42,854 bases of DNA from a virus (IMGVR_UViG_3300037440_000068:1-42854), one strand, 5' to 3'. Counted from the first letter of the stretch, positions 15,656 through 24,907 are shown. Numbers and translations: made by a program. The notes: generated by a model from the sequence alone, not told the origin.

Positions 15656-17098
15656 ATGGCAGGCAAGACCATCGCCGAGCAGTTGGCCGATTTGAAGGCA
15701 ACTCGCGAGGCCAAGCAGAAGGAAATGGGCGAAATTGCTCAGAAGTCCATCGACGCCAATCGTTCGATGGAGGATGGCGAGGCCGCGCAGTTCGATGCGG
15801 TTGATGCCGAAATCAAGACGCTGGACGCCGACATTGCGCGTCTGACGAAGTTGGAATCCCACATGGCGGCATCTGCAAAGCCGGTGGATGGAGACGCTCA
15901 GGCGAAAGCCAATCAGCCCGCCAACGATGGCGGCCGAACCATCAACGCCGTGCAGGTGAAGAAAACCGAGAAGCTTGAGCCGGGTGTTCTGTTTGCCCGT
16001 CACGCGATGTGCGTTTTCGCGGCCAAGGGCAACACGGCCGAGGCCGCGCAGATTGCACGTGCGCAGTACGGTGAGGAAAGCCCGGTTAGCCGCGTCCTCA
16101 AGCACGTCTCTGGGCGCACGGTGGAATCGGTCCTGAAGGCCACAGTGGCAGCGGGCACCACGCAGGATGCGGACTACGCCGCCCCTCTGGTGGAATACGT
16201 GACCTATGCGGGCGATTTCGTGGAGTTCCTGCGCCCGCGTACCTTGGTGGGGCAGTTCGGAACCGGCAGCATCCCATCGCTTCGCCGCATCCCGTTCAAC
16301 GTCCATATCAAGGGCGCGACCTCCGGTGGCACCGGCTACTGGGTGGGTGAAGGCGCTCCGAAGCCGGTTACCGCGTTCGGGTTCAACGATGTCTACCACG
16401 GCTGGTACAAGGTGGCAGGCATCGCGGTCCTGACCGATGAGTTGATCCGGTTCAGCGATCCGTCGGCCCAGACGCTTGTCAGGGACATGCTGTCCGATGC
16501 CCTGGTCGAGCGTATGGATACGGACTTTATCGACCCGGATTTCGCTGGCTCCGCGAACGTGTCCCCTGCGTCGATCACCAATGGCATCGCCGCTACGCCG
16601 TCGTCTGGCAATACCGCAGCCGACATCCGTGCCGATCTGGTGGCGTTGTGGGCGGCGTCAGATGCCGCGAACCACAACTTCGACAACCCGGTTTACATCA
16701 TGCGTTCTGCGACCGCTCGCGCGGCCTCAGCGCTGGTGAACGGGCTGGGTCAGCCGGAGTTCCCGAACCTCGGGCCGCGCGGTGGCTCTTTGGGCGGAGT
16801 CCCGGTGCTGGTGTCGAATTACGTCCCGTCCGCTTCGGGCGGCGCGTATGTGATCCTGGTGAATGCGTCGGACATCTATCTGTCTGACGATGGGCAGGCC
16901 ACGGTGGATTTCAGCCGAGAGGCTTCGATCCAGATGCTGGACAACCCGACCAACAACAGCGCGACCGGCACGCCGACCACGCTGGTTTCCATGTTCCAGA
17001 CCGACAGCACGGCCATCCGTGCCCATAGGTTCCTGAACTGGTCGCGTCGCCGTGACACTGCGGTGGCGGTGCTGTCTGACGTCAACTGGGGCGAGTAA
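15656..17098 (+). CDS. major capsid protein (HK97 fold) with N-terminal delta/scaffold domain
   Basis: Coiled-coil N-terminus, WVGEG.PKP, KVAGI..LTDEL, LGGVPVLVS, SMFQTD..AIR. Confidence 0.95.
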   Translation: MAGKTIAEQLADLKATREAKQKEMGEIAQKSIDANRSMEDGEAAQFDAVDAEIKTLDADIARLTKLESHMAASAKPVDGDAQAKANQPANDGGRTINAVQVKKTEKLEPGVLFARHAMCVFAAKGNTAEAAQIARAQYGEESPVSRVLKHVSGRTVESVLKATVAAGTTQDADYAAPLVEYVTYAGDFVEFLRPRTLVGQFGTGSIPSLRRIPFNVHIKGATSGGTGYWVGEGAPKPVTAFGFNDVYHGWYKVAGIAVLTDELIRFSDPSAQTLVRDMLSDALVERMDTDFIDPDFAGSANVSPASITNGIAATPSSGNTAADIRADLVALWAASDAANHNFDNPVYIMRSATARAASALVNGLGQPEFPNLGPRGGSLGGVPVLVSNYVPSASGGAYVILVNASDIYLSDDGQATVDFSREASIQMLDNPTNNSATGTPTTLVSMFQTDSTAIRAHRFLNWSRRRDTAVAVLSDVNWGE

Positions 17099-17107
17099 TC
17101 GCCATTG

Positions 17108-17132
17108 AGAGGGGGCTCCGGCCCCCTCTTTC
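17108..17132 (+). terminator. intrinsic terminator after the capsid gene
   Basis: AGAGGGGGC-tccg-GCCCCCTCT-TTCT. Confidence 0.65.
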
Positions 17133-17144
17133 TAAGGAGGCAAG

Positions 17145-17396
17145 ATGATTACCCAGAAAGTGATCTACCGAGGCAAGACCATCGAAGTGCCGCGATCTCA
17201 TGCGAACCGGCTTGTTTCTTCTGGACGGGCCTCATGGCCGAAACAGCAGGAACAGCAGGAACAGCAGGAACAGCAGGAACAGCAGGAACAGCAGATGAAG
17301 GCTGAGGAACCCGTTGAGGAGAAGCAAGAAATATCCCAAACCACGGGTAAGCCGAAGCGCCAATACCGTCGCCGGGACATGCAGGCAGAAAAATGA
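17145..17396 (+). CDS. small head-region protein with QEQ repeat
   Basis: AAGGAGG RBS; KR.YRRRDMQAE tail typical of post-capsid small proteins. Confidence 0.75.
   Translation: MITQKVIYRGKTIEVPRSHANRLVSSGRASWPKQQEQQEQQEQQEQQEQQMKAEEPVEEKQEISQTTGKPKRQYRRRDMQAEK
17242..17294 (+). repeat. 9-bp tandem repeat AACAGCAGG x ~5.9
   Basis: Read directly; in frame, encodes (QQE)n. Confidence 0.95.
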
Positions 17397-17581
17397 ACAA
17401 CTTGAAGGCGTTCGCTACTAACCCGATCGTTTATGTGGCCGGGTTTTACATGGGTGGCGCCGCCAGCATCGTGGCCGGGGTGGCTGTCGTCTCAAGTATC
17501 GGCTGGGCGCTGGTAGCGTCTGGCGCATTCATGATATGTGCCGCCGGTTTCATCAGAAAGGGGCTAAAGCCAAATGGCTGA
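17393..17581 (+). CDS. small two-TM protein preceding portal
   Basis: Hydrophobic; GWALVASGA; usual pre-portal gene of HK97-like phages. Confidence 0.7.
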   Translation: MNNLKAFATNPIVYVAGFYMGGAASIVAGVAVVSSIGWALVASGAFMICAAGFIRKGLKPNG

Positions 17582-18950
17582 GTTGACCATCTTCGGAGCA
17601 TTGCGCAATGCAATGACCGTCGAGAAGGCGTTGCATCCTGTCCCTGATCGTGGCTGGCATCGTTTGATTCGAGAGCCTTTCGCTGGGGCTTGGCAAAACG
17701 ACATGGAGGAGAAGCAGGGCACGGTGCTGTGCTATCCGGCGCTGTATGCCTGCCTTTCCAGAATAAACCAGGATATCGGCAAGCTCCCCTTCGTTTTGAA
17801 GCGAGAGGACGGTAACGGCATCTGGCAGGCGGTTGAGAACACGGCATATAGTCCGGTCCTGCGCAAGCCCAACCACTACCAGACCGCGCAACAGTTCCGT
17901 GAGGCATGGGTTTTGTCCAAGCTGGTCCACGGGAACACTTACGTGTTGAAGCGTCGTGATGACCGCGGCGTGGTGACTGCCCTATACGTTCTGGACCCGT
18001 GCCGTGTAATGCCAATGGTATCTGACTCTGGGGACGTGTTCTATCAGATCAATTACAACACCGCCGCTAATCTCCTGCCTGAGAACTACCCTGCAGAACA
18101 GTTGACGATTCCTGCGCGTGAGATCATCCACGACCGTTTGAACTGCTTCCATCACCAGTTGATCGGCGTGCCCCCGTTGTGTGCGGCGCACTGGGCTGCG
18201 GTCAAGAACCTGAAAATTCTCAAGTCGTCGGCCGAATTCTTCAATAATCACGCCCAGCCCGGTGGCATCCTGACTGCGCCTGCAGGCATGTCTGATGATG
18301 ATGCCAACGAGCTTCGATCGTACTGGCAGACAAATTATTCTGGGGAGAACAGCGGTAAGGTCGCGGTGATCGGGGCGGACATGAAGTTCACCAGCTTCGC
18401 CATGAACTCTGCAGACTCTCAGCTTGTCGAGCAGATGCGATATTCAGACGAGCAGATTTGCCAGCCGTTCGGGGTCAAGCCATATAAAATTGGCATTGGT
18501 CAAGTCCCTGGCGGGTGGAAGTCAGACGATGTCAACGTCGAATACTTCGGTGATGCACTGAGCCCACATGTGGAATCCATGGAAAACCTGCTTGATGAAG
18601 GGTTGGGTATCTCTCGTCCTCTAGGCGTTGAGCTTGATAGCAGCCCGCTTTGGCGGATGGATGAAGGAAAGCAGGCTGATGTTGAGTCCAAGTTGGTTGG
18701 CGGGAAGATCAAAACTCCTGACGAGGCTCGCAGGACATTCAACCTGTCTCCCACTGGCGGCGGCGATACGATTTGGGGCCAGCATCAAGATTACCCACTT
18801 GGGATGTTGGCTGATCGAACTGACCTTAACCCTGTTCCGGTTACAGCTACGGAAGATTCTGAAACGGCAAACGAGGAAGTCCGGCGGTTGACGGCCGAGC
18901 TATGGCAGCGCAAGGCGTTAGAGGCTACCCGAGAGGCCCTTCATGATTGA
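17574..18950 (+). CDS. portal protein (HK97 family)
   Basis: YACLSRI..DIGKLP, KPNHYQT, GNTY, FFNN.AQPGGIL, TPDEAR. Confidence 0.95.
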   Translation: MAELTIFGALRNAMTVEKALHPVPDRGWHRLIREPFAGAWQNDMEEKQGTVLCYPALYACLSRINQDIGKLPFVLKREDGNGIWQAVENTAYSPVLRKPNHYQTAQQFREAWVLSKLVHGNTYVLKRRDDRGVVTALYVLDPCRVMPMVSDSGDVFYQINYNTAANLLPENYPAEQLTIPAREIIHDRLNCFHHQLIGVPPLCAAHWAAVKNLKILKSSAEFFNNHAQPGGILTAPAGMSDDDANELRSYWQTNYSGENSGKVAVIGADMKFTSFAMNSADSQLVEQMRYSDEQICQPFGVKPYKIGIGQVPGGWKSDDVNVEYFGDALSPHVESMENLLDEGLGISRPLGVELDSSPLWRMDEGKQADVESKLVGGKIKTPDEARRTFNLSPTGGGDTIWGQHQDYPLGMLADRTDLNPVPVTATEDSETANEEVRRLTAELWQRKALEATREALHD

Positions 18951-19737
18951 TCCCGTCGAGTTTGGCAAGTCGATTGCCGCCATTGTCAAGGAAGCCACGG
19001 CGCCATTACAGCGGCGGATCGAGGAATTGGAGGCGCGCGCTGTTGAGGAAAGAGAGCCTGGACCGAAGGGTGATGATGCCGAGCCCGTTCTGGTGTCAGA
19101 CGTAGTTGCAGAATTGGTGAAGTCAGACATGCTTGCCCCGGTCCTTGACCTGTACGTCGAGGAGCGTGTGGCCGAGCACTTCAAGGCAAACCCAGTGCAG
19201 CACGGCAAGGACGGAGAGCCGGGACCGAAGGGTGATGATGGCAAAAAGGGCGACCCTGGGCGCGATGGCTTGGATGTCAAGGACATGTTCCGCGCTGATG
19301 GGGGCCGCCTCGTAGCGGTTCTATCTGACGGCACTACAAGGGACTTAGGACAGTTCGTTGGCAAGGATGGAGACGACGGCAAGGACGGTCGCGACGGCGC
19401 TGACGGGCTTGGGTTCGATGACTGCGACGTAGAAGTCAAAGGTAGAGAGGTTGTGCTGACCTATAGCCGTGGCGAGTTGCAGAAATCGGTTTCCTACCCT
19501 GTTCCAACGTTTGAGCACATCGGTTTTTGGGGGCAGGGGAAGTCCGCGAAGGTGGGACAGTTCACTACCCATGACGGTTGCTTGTGGCTTGCTCTGCGAG
19601 ACACTAAGGAATCCCCGACACATCAATCCTCGGACTGGCAGCTTTCCGCGAGGAAGGGGGTTGATGGTAAGGCAGGAAAGGATGGTAATCCACCCCGCAG
19701 CGGTCCGGTGAACCTTGGGGATAAGCCAGATGCCTAG
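18943..19737 (+). CDS. collagen-like (G-X-Y) repeat virion protein
   Basis: GKDGEPGPKGDDGKKGDPGRDG, GKDGDDGKDGRDGADG; C-terminal THDGCLW...DWQL..RKG. Confidence 0.75.
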   Translation: MIDPVEFGKSIAAIVKEATAPLQRRIEELEARAVEEREPGPKGDDAEPVLVSDVVAELVKSDMLAPVLDLYVEERVAEHFKANPVQHGKDGEPGPKGDDGKKGDPGRDGLDVKDMFRADGGRLVAVLSDGTTRDLGQFVGKDGDDGKDGRDGADGLGFDDCDVEVKGREVVLTYSRGELQKSVSYPVPTFEHIGFWGQGKSAKVGQFTTHDGCLWLALRDTKESPTHQSSDWQLSARKGVDGKAGKDGNPPRSGPVNLGDKPDA

Positions 19738-20140
19738 TCTCGTGACGCTGAATCAGGCATATGCACAACTGCGCATTGACTACGATAGCAACGGAAGCGA
19801 CCAGGACGATTGGTTGGTTGATGCGATCGAAGATGTCTCTGACGCGGTTGCGCTGTGGCTGAAAGATCAGTGGCGTTTGTATGTGGTGGAACTGGATTCC
19901 AATGGCGATGTCTTTCTTGATTCCAACGGATATCCCGTGATCGAATTGGACAGCAATGGAGAGCCTATTGTCCGTCCTGCTGTGCGTCGTGCGGTTCTGC
20001 TTGAGCTTGCCAGTCAATTCCGGTTCCGTGAAGGCGAAGGAAAGGACAATGTAGTTACTCCTGATGCTGGCCATGGCTATGTATTGAACAAGGCCAGCAC
20101 TGCAATTCTTGCTCCACTTCGGCGCTCTACGCTGGCTTGA
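19730..20140 (+). CDS. head-tail connector (gp6/gp15-like)
   Basis: LVTL..A..QLRID, AVRRAVL......FR.RE, LL.PLR pattern. Confidence 0.8.
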   Translation: MPSLVTLNQAYAQLRIDYDSNGSDQDDWLVDAIEDVSDAVALWLKDQWRLYVVELDSNGDVFLDSNGYPVIELDSNGEPIVRPAVRRAVLLELASQFRFREGEGKDNVVTPDAGHGYVLNKASTAILAPLRRSTLA

Positions 20141-20142
20141 TT

Positions 20143-20490
20143 ATGGCGAGCACGACACTAGCTGCTGGTCGGCTTCGACACCGGGTCAGGATTCAGAACC
20201 TGGTGAGCGAGCGGGACTCAGAAGGCGTGATCCAGCACGAATGGGTTGCTCTTGCAACCGTATGGGCGTCAGTTGAGCCTATTTCAGGGCGCGAGTTCAT
20301 CCAGTCAGGCGCTACACAATCCGAGGTCACCGCGCGTATCACCATCCGACACCGTGACGATGTGGTCGCGAACATGCGGATCGTCCATCGCGGGCGCGTG
20401 TATAACATCAAGGGAGTGCTGTCCGACAAGGAATCGGGGCTTGAGTATCTGACGCTCCCGGTTTCCGAAGGGGTCAGTGACGGACAATGA
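20143..20490 (+). CDS. head closure/adaptor protein (SPP1 gp16-like)
   Basis: AGRLRHRVRIQ, WASVEPISGRE, ITIRHR, MRI...GRVYNI. Confidence 0.9.
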   Translation: MASTTLAAGRLRHRVRIQNLVSERDSEGVIQHEWVALATVWASVEPISGREFIQSGATQSEVTARITIRHRDDVVANMRIVHRGRVYNIKGVLSDKESGLEYLTLPVSEGVSDGQ

Positions 20491-21023
20491 AGGACCAGAC
20501 AGTGGTCTGCATTGCTAGCGGACCGAGCTTGACCGAGGACGATTGCCGGCTGGTGCAGAAATCCGGACACCCGACGATTGTCACGAACACGACATGGAAG
20601 ATTGCACCGTTCGCTACGGTCCTGATGGCTGGGGATGGTGCATGGTGGGATGCCTATGGGCATGAGGTCACGATACCGGCTCGGAAGGTCTGCTGTTCAC
20701 AGGCGATGGCCAAGCGGCACGGCATTCAGTATTTCAAGCCGAAGCAGTCGCACTGGAATAGTGGCATGGCTGCGATCTGGTATGCGGAGGCACAGGGCGC
20801 GTCTCGGGTGATCCTTCTTGGGTATGACTGCAAGATGCGCGGTAATCTTCGCCACTGGCATGGCGATCACGACAGGACCAAGAATCCAGCCCCAAGAATG
20901 ATTACAGGCTGGGCTAAAAACTTCGCGAGGATGCCGGTCAAGGTGCCGGTTGTGAATGCGAGCCGAGACACGACTATCACGCGATGGCCGAAGATGGCCC
21001 TTGAGGATGCTCTTACATGCTAG
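20487..21023 (+). CDS. MptE/DUF115/Maf-like (sialyltransferase-fold) putative glycosyltransferase
   Basis: CIASGPSL, IVTN, NSG.AAI..A...GA..VILLGYDC, HWHGDH, VVNAS. Confidence 0.65.
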   Translation: MKDQTVVCIASGPSLTEDDCRLVQKSGHPTIVTNTTWKIAPFATVLMAGDGAWWDAYGHEVTIPARKVCCSQAMAKRHGIQYFKPKQSHWNSGMAAIWYAEAQGASRVILLGYDCKMRGNLRHWHGDHDRTKNPAPRMITGWAKNFARMPVKVPVVNASRDTTITRWPKMALEDALTC

Positions 21024-21724
21024 TTGGAATAACTCGGGTACGTAATGAAGCCCTGATTATTGAGGACACGCTTCGGCACTTCCTGGACCATGTTGACCAG
21101 GTGCTGATGTATGACGATTGCTCAACGGACGAGACGGTCGCGATCGCGGCTGGGATCGACCGCGTGACGGTGATCAATGGCGACGAGTGGCGGCCAGACC
21201 GGGTTGCCGAGAACACCCGGCACCGGGCGCTTCTACTCGCTCTGGCGCGCAAGGTGGGCGCGGACTGGTGCTTGTGCTTCGACGCTGACGAGAGATTGGA
21301 AGGAGAACTGCCGCCCCTGGACGCCGATGGTTACCGGTTCCGTCTGTTCGATGGCTACCTGACGCCGGATCTGCAGGCGCCGTACACCGGCGGCGACTTG
21401 GCAGCGCTACCGAGGCGATGGGGGCCGGAGTACCGAGACATCGTGATGCTGTTCCGTCCGGATGCGGCCGCCTACGATCAGCCCGGGCAGCGCCAGCCAA
21501 CCATGCACGGCCGAGTGGAGGATGCTGGCGTGATGGTGCGTCACTACGGCAAGTGCCTGTCCGTCGCCCACTGGGATGAAACCTGCCGGTACTACATCGA
21601 TCACTTCCCTCGGTGGCGGGTTAAGTGGCAGGCGAGGCTTGGCCACGCGATCCATGGTGCGAGTGATTTCGGGCGCCCGCTGGTCTGCTGGGACGGTCTT
21701 CCAGCCGTGGCGGTACCACTGTGA
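21017..21724 (+). CDS. GT-A fold (GT2-like) glycosyltransferase
   Basis: VRNEA..I...L, YDDCSTDET, WCLCFDADE (DxD). Confidence 0.85.
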   Translation: MLVGITRVRNEALIIEDTLRHFLDHVDQVLMYDDCSTDETVAIAAGIDRVTVINGDEWRPDRVAENTRHRALLLALARKVGADWCLCFDADERLEGELPPLDADGYRFRLFDGYLTPDLQAPYTGGDLAALPRRWGPEYRDIVMLFRPDAAAYDQPGQRQPTMHGRVEDAGVMVRHYGKCLSVAHWDETCRYYIDHFPRWRVKWQARLGHAIHGASDFGRPLVCWDGLPAVAVPL

Positions 21725-22527
21725 GGATACTGCTGGCAGCTAAGCACGCTCCTGGCGGGCGCCAGCCCATCGGAGGGGTGCAGAGTTGGTGCACCACGGT
21801 CGCATCGGAACTGCGCAGGATTGGGCATGAGGTAACGAATTGGGGCCCGGAACTTTCACTGCCAGCAGGCCGTTTCGATGCTGGCATCATCGCGAACGCC
21901 GGAGACACGGGCGTTGCGCTGGAGAAGTGCGATCGCGTGCTGGCGGTGTGTCACGGGATCATCCCGGCCGAGCAACCTCCGGACGGTGTGCCGGTGGCCT
22001 ACACGTCGGAGTGCGTGCGGGCGCGCTGGGGCGGCGATGGTCCGATCCTGCGCCAGCCGATTGATCTTGACTTCTGGACGCCGGGGCACGGTGTCCGGTT
22101 CCTGACGCGCTTCAGCTACCGGCGCGGGTTGGACTTCCTGCCGAGGTTGGCCGAGCGGATGGGTTTGCAGTTTCGGCACGTCGCCAGCTTGTCCCAGGTC
22201 GAGGCGCGCGCGGTACTGCAGTCGTCTGCGTGCGTGCTGGCCACCGGCCGGGCGGCCCTGGAGGCGATGGCCTGCGGGGTGCCGGTGGTGATCTGCGACC
22301 ACCGCAGCGCGTACCAGGGCCCGCTTCTGGACCCGGACACGCTCGGGTCGATGGCGAGGAATTACAGCGGGCGTGGCGGGGTGGTGCCGAGGCCCGGGAA
22401 CGTGGCTGAGGCGGTGCAGCACGCGATGGGGGTCGGGAGTCTCCGGAACCACGTCGAAGCGCACCACGACGTGCGGAAGGTGGTTGGTGAAATTCTGGCC
22501 CTGATGGGCCGTAACGGCGAGGTGTGA
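21721..22527 (+). CDS. GT-B fold (GT4-like) glycosyltransferase
   Basis: MRILL...GGVQ......L...GHEV; GRAALEAMACGVPVV. Confidence 0.85.
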   Translation: MRILLAAKHAPGGRQPIGGVQSWCTTVASELRRIGHEVTNWGPELSLPAGRFDAGIIANAGDTGVALEKCDRVLAVCHGIIPAEQPPDGVPVAYTSECVRARWGGDGPILRQPIDLDFWTPGHGVRFLTRFSYRRGLDFLPRLAERMGLQFRHVASLSQVEARAVLQSSACVLATGRAALEAMACGVPVVICDHRSAYQGPLLDPDTLGSMARNYSGRGGVVPRPGNVAEAVQHAMGVGSLRNHVEAHHDVRKVVGEILALMGRNGEV

Positions 22528-22528
22528 A

Positions 22529-22822
22529 ATGAGCGAGAAACGGGTGATGGCGCGGATCATTCCTCCCCCTGCCAGCGATGACGGGCTGACGAAGACGCAG
22601 GGAACTATCGTAATGGTTGGCGACCAGAAGCTCGGCGGCGTAACGGGTATCACGCTGCACTGCGAAGTGAACGATTTCTGGCGCGCCACAATCAACTGCC
22701 ATGTCCAGCCGACTGATCTCAGTGCCTTGTCGGTGATCTACGAGCCTACGCTCTGGCAGCGTCTGCGCCGATGGGTTCGAGATCAAGTAATACGGCCAGT
22801 CCACGGCGCCGGCCCGTTCTGA
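22529..22822 (+). CDS. hypothetical protein
   Basis: GAGGT RBS; beta-rich TQGT..MVG..KL.GV..ITL. Confidence 0.65.
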   Translation: MSEKRVMARIIPPPASDDGLTKTQGTIVMVGDQKLGGVTGITLHCEVNDFWRATINCHVQPTDLSALSVIYEPTLWQRLRRWVRDQVIRPVHGAGPF

Positions 22823-22823
22823 C

Positions 22824-23498
22824 GTGCTGACCCTGCTAACCGCCACCGGTGCCAGGCCGCAAGCCTGGGCCCTGTGCGAGCGGTGGATGTCCGCGCAGGA
22901 CTACGCGGGGCCTGTGCGGTGGCTGGTAGTGGACGACGGGCCTGATCCGCAGCCGGTGACCTTGGCGCGCGAGGGCTGGACGGTCGAGGTCATCCGACCG
23001 AAGCCGGTGTGGAAGCCTGGCAGGAACACGCAGGCGCGGAACCTGCAGGCCGGGCTGGCGCACTGCCGGTCTACGGATCGGGTTGTGTGTTGTGAAGATG
23101 ATGACCATTACGCGACCGACTGGCTGACGCACGTTTCCGGGCAACTGGAGCGCGCTGAGTTGGTCGGGGAGACGCGTAGCCGCTACTACAACGTCGCCAC
23201 GCGCAGGGCGCGGGAGATGGGCAATACGGGGCACGCGAGCCTGTGCGGCACGGCGGTACGTGGCGGCGCGATCGACGCGCTTCGCAGGGCGTGCCAGTCT
23301 GGCGGGGCGATCGACATGAACCTATGGCGCCGGCACGGATCAAAGCACCTGTTCGATGGTCACCGTGTTGTCGGGATAAAGGGCCTGCCAGGACGTGGCG
23401 GGATCGGGATCGGGCACCGGGACGAGTTCGGAACACCGGACCCGGACGGGAAGCTGTTACGGGACTGGATTGGCAATGACGCGAGGTTCTACGAGTGA
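22824..23498 (+). CDS. GT-A fold glycosyltransferase
   Basis: LTATGARP, QDY....WLVVDDG, CEDDDHY. Confidence 0.75.
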   Translation: MLTLLTATGARPQAWALCERWMSAQDYAGPVRWLVVDDGPDPQPVTLAREGWTVEVIRPKPVWKPGRNTQARNLQAGLAHCRSTDRVVCCEDDDHYATDWLTHVSGQLERAELVGETRSRYYNVATRRAREMGNTGHASLCGTAVRGGAIDALRRACQSGGAIDMNLWRRHGSKHLFDGHRVVGIKGLPGRGGIGIGHRDEFGTPDPDGKLLRDWIGNDARFYE

Positions 23499-23989
23499 CG
23501 CAGCAGGCTTTCAAAATAACGGGACTGAATGGCGTCCTTGCCACTCTGCAGTCATTGCCTGAGGAGGTTGTGTCGAAGCGTGGCGGCCCGGTGAAGTTGT
23601 CTCTTGCAAAGGGCGCGCGTTACCTGCGTGACCGTGCCAAAGAGAACCTGCGCCGGGCCATCGCCATCAATGGCGAGCGATCCACGGGCGAACTTGAGAA
23701 GCGGGTGATCTCAAGCCGTGGCAAGAAGCCGTTCGGAACCAAGGGTGAGCGATACCTCGTTCGAGTCAAGAAACGCGACTACATCAACGCCGAAGGATAT
23801 AGGACGAACCCGCTTATGGTGGCTAACCTGCTTGAGTACGGTTCCAGCCACCAACCTGCGACGCCGTGGCTTCGTCCAGCGGTTACGGAGCACGGTGAAA
23901 AGGTCATAAACATTGTTGTGGACGACCTCATAAAGCGATTGGACGCAACTGTCCGCAAGCTTGCAGCACAGAACAAGGGGCGCGGTTGA
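23495..23989 (+). CDS. tail completion protein (HK97 gp10-like)
   Basis: ITGL, TGEL, LEYGSSHQPATPWLRPA. Confidence 0.85.
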   Translation: MTQQAFKITGLNGVLATLQSLPEEVVSKRGGPVKLSLAKGARYLRDRAKENLRRAIAINGERSTGELEKRVISSRGKKPFGTKGERYLVRVKKRDYINAEGYRTNPLMVANLLEYGSSHQPATPWLRPAVTEHGEKVINIVVDDLIKRLDATVRKLAAQNKGRG

Positions 23990-24345
23990 TGTTCCCTCCC
24001 GTCTATCAAACGCTGCGAGCGAACGCCACTGTCGTTTCCATCGTAGGGCAGAACATTGGGCGCCACGGTTCGATGGAGCAGGAAACAGAACCGCCTTACA
24101 TCACGTGGCTGATCGTCACCGGGCAGCCGTATGACACCCTGAGCGAGCCACCTCAGTCAGACTTCACACCCGTCCAGATTGATTGCTGGTCAAGGGATGA
24201 TGCGCAGGTTGCTTCAATGGCCGAGGCCGTACGTGCATCCCTGGATTCGGTTGGAGTTCATAACCGTGTGGTAGTGGACCTGAGAGAAAACGACACCAAA
24301 TTTTACAGGGTCGGCATTGAGGCTGACTTCATTACCCAGCGCTGA
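23989..24345 (+). CDS. tail terminator (DUF3168-like)
   Basis: PPYITW, VQIDCWS, A.AVR.SL. Confidence 0.8.
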   Translation: MFPPVYQTLRANATVVSIVGQNIGRHGSMEQETEPPYITWLIVTGQPYDTLSEPPQSDFTPVQIDCWSRDDAQVASMAEAVRASLDSVGVHNRVVVDLRENDTKFYRVGIEADFITQR

Positions 24346-24369
24346 GTCGCTTCACCGTTGTTAAACCCC

Positions 24370-24389
24370 AGCCCGATGAGGGCTTTTTT
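24370..24389 (+). terminator. terminator-like hairpin before the tail tube gene
   Basis: AGCCC-gatga-GGGCT-TTTTT. Confidence 0.55.
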
Positions 24390-24418
24390 AATGCCCGCAC
24401 ACAGGAGGGGCACATACA

Positions 24419-24907
24419 ATGAGCATCAAGACCCAAGGTTCTGAATTGTTTTTCGCCGACACGCTGAGTTCCAGTGTCGCGCAAGTCATGAAGATGGCAT
24501 GCCCGACCGGCATCACGGGGTTGGGCGGGCCTGCCGACCAGATCGAAGATACATGCCTAGATGACTTGGATGATAAGTCATTTGCCGGCGGCCTTGGTAA
24601 CCCCGGGCAGGTCACGGTCCCGTTCGTCATGAAGCCGTGGGAGGGCTCGCAGCAAACGTTGTGGGATTTAAAGGCGTCTAAAGAAACCATCGAATGGATG
24701 ATCGGGCTTTCTGATGGTATCGGAAATAACCCGACTCTCGACAGCAATGATGCGTTGGTTGCCCCAGAGGACCGCACTTCGTTCGGGTTCCGCGGCTACG
24801 TCGCCGACCTGAACATCGACATCGCCACGAACGAGGTGGTTCGCGGCACGCTGCTGATCCAGCGCTCAGGATCGGTCACCCCGTACTGGAACGGCCCGAC
24901 TCCGTAA
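24419..24907 (+). CDS. major tail tube protein
   Basis: KTQGSEL, ITGLGG.ADQIEDTCL, GLGNPG, F.GYV, IQRSG; AGGAGG RBS. Confidence 0.9.
   Translation: MSIKTQGSELFFADTLSSSVAQVMKMACPTGITGLGGPADQIEDTCLDDLDDKSFAGGLGNPGQVTVPFVMKPWEGSQQTLWDLKASKETIEWMIGLSDGIGNNPTLDSNDALVAPEDRTSFGFRGYVADLNIDIATNEVVRGTLLIQRSGSVTPYWNGPTP

Noticed and set aside
15638-16399. Long antisense ORFs over the capsid and other late genes (also 21856-22695, 28727-29410, 29594-30295)
   Set aside because: Expected shadows of GC-rich coding sequence; no RBS or motifs
20487-23498. GtrABC-type serotype conversion
   Set aside because: No membrane flippase or polytopic transferase, no own promoter, and it lies inside the late operon
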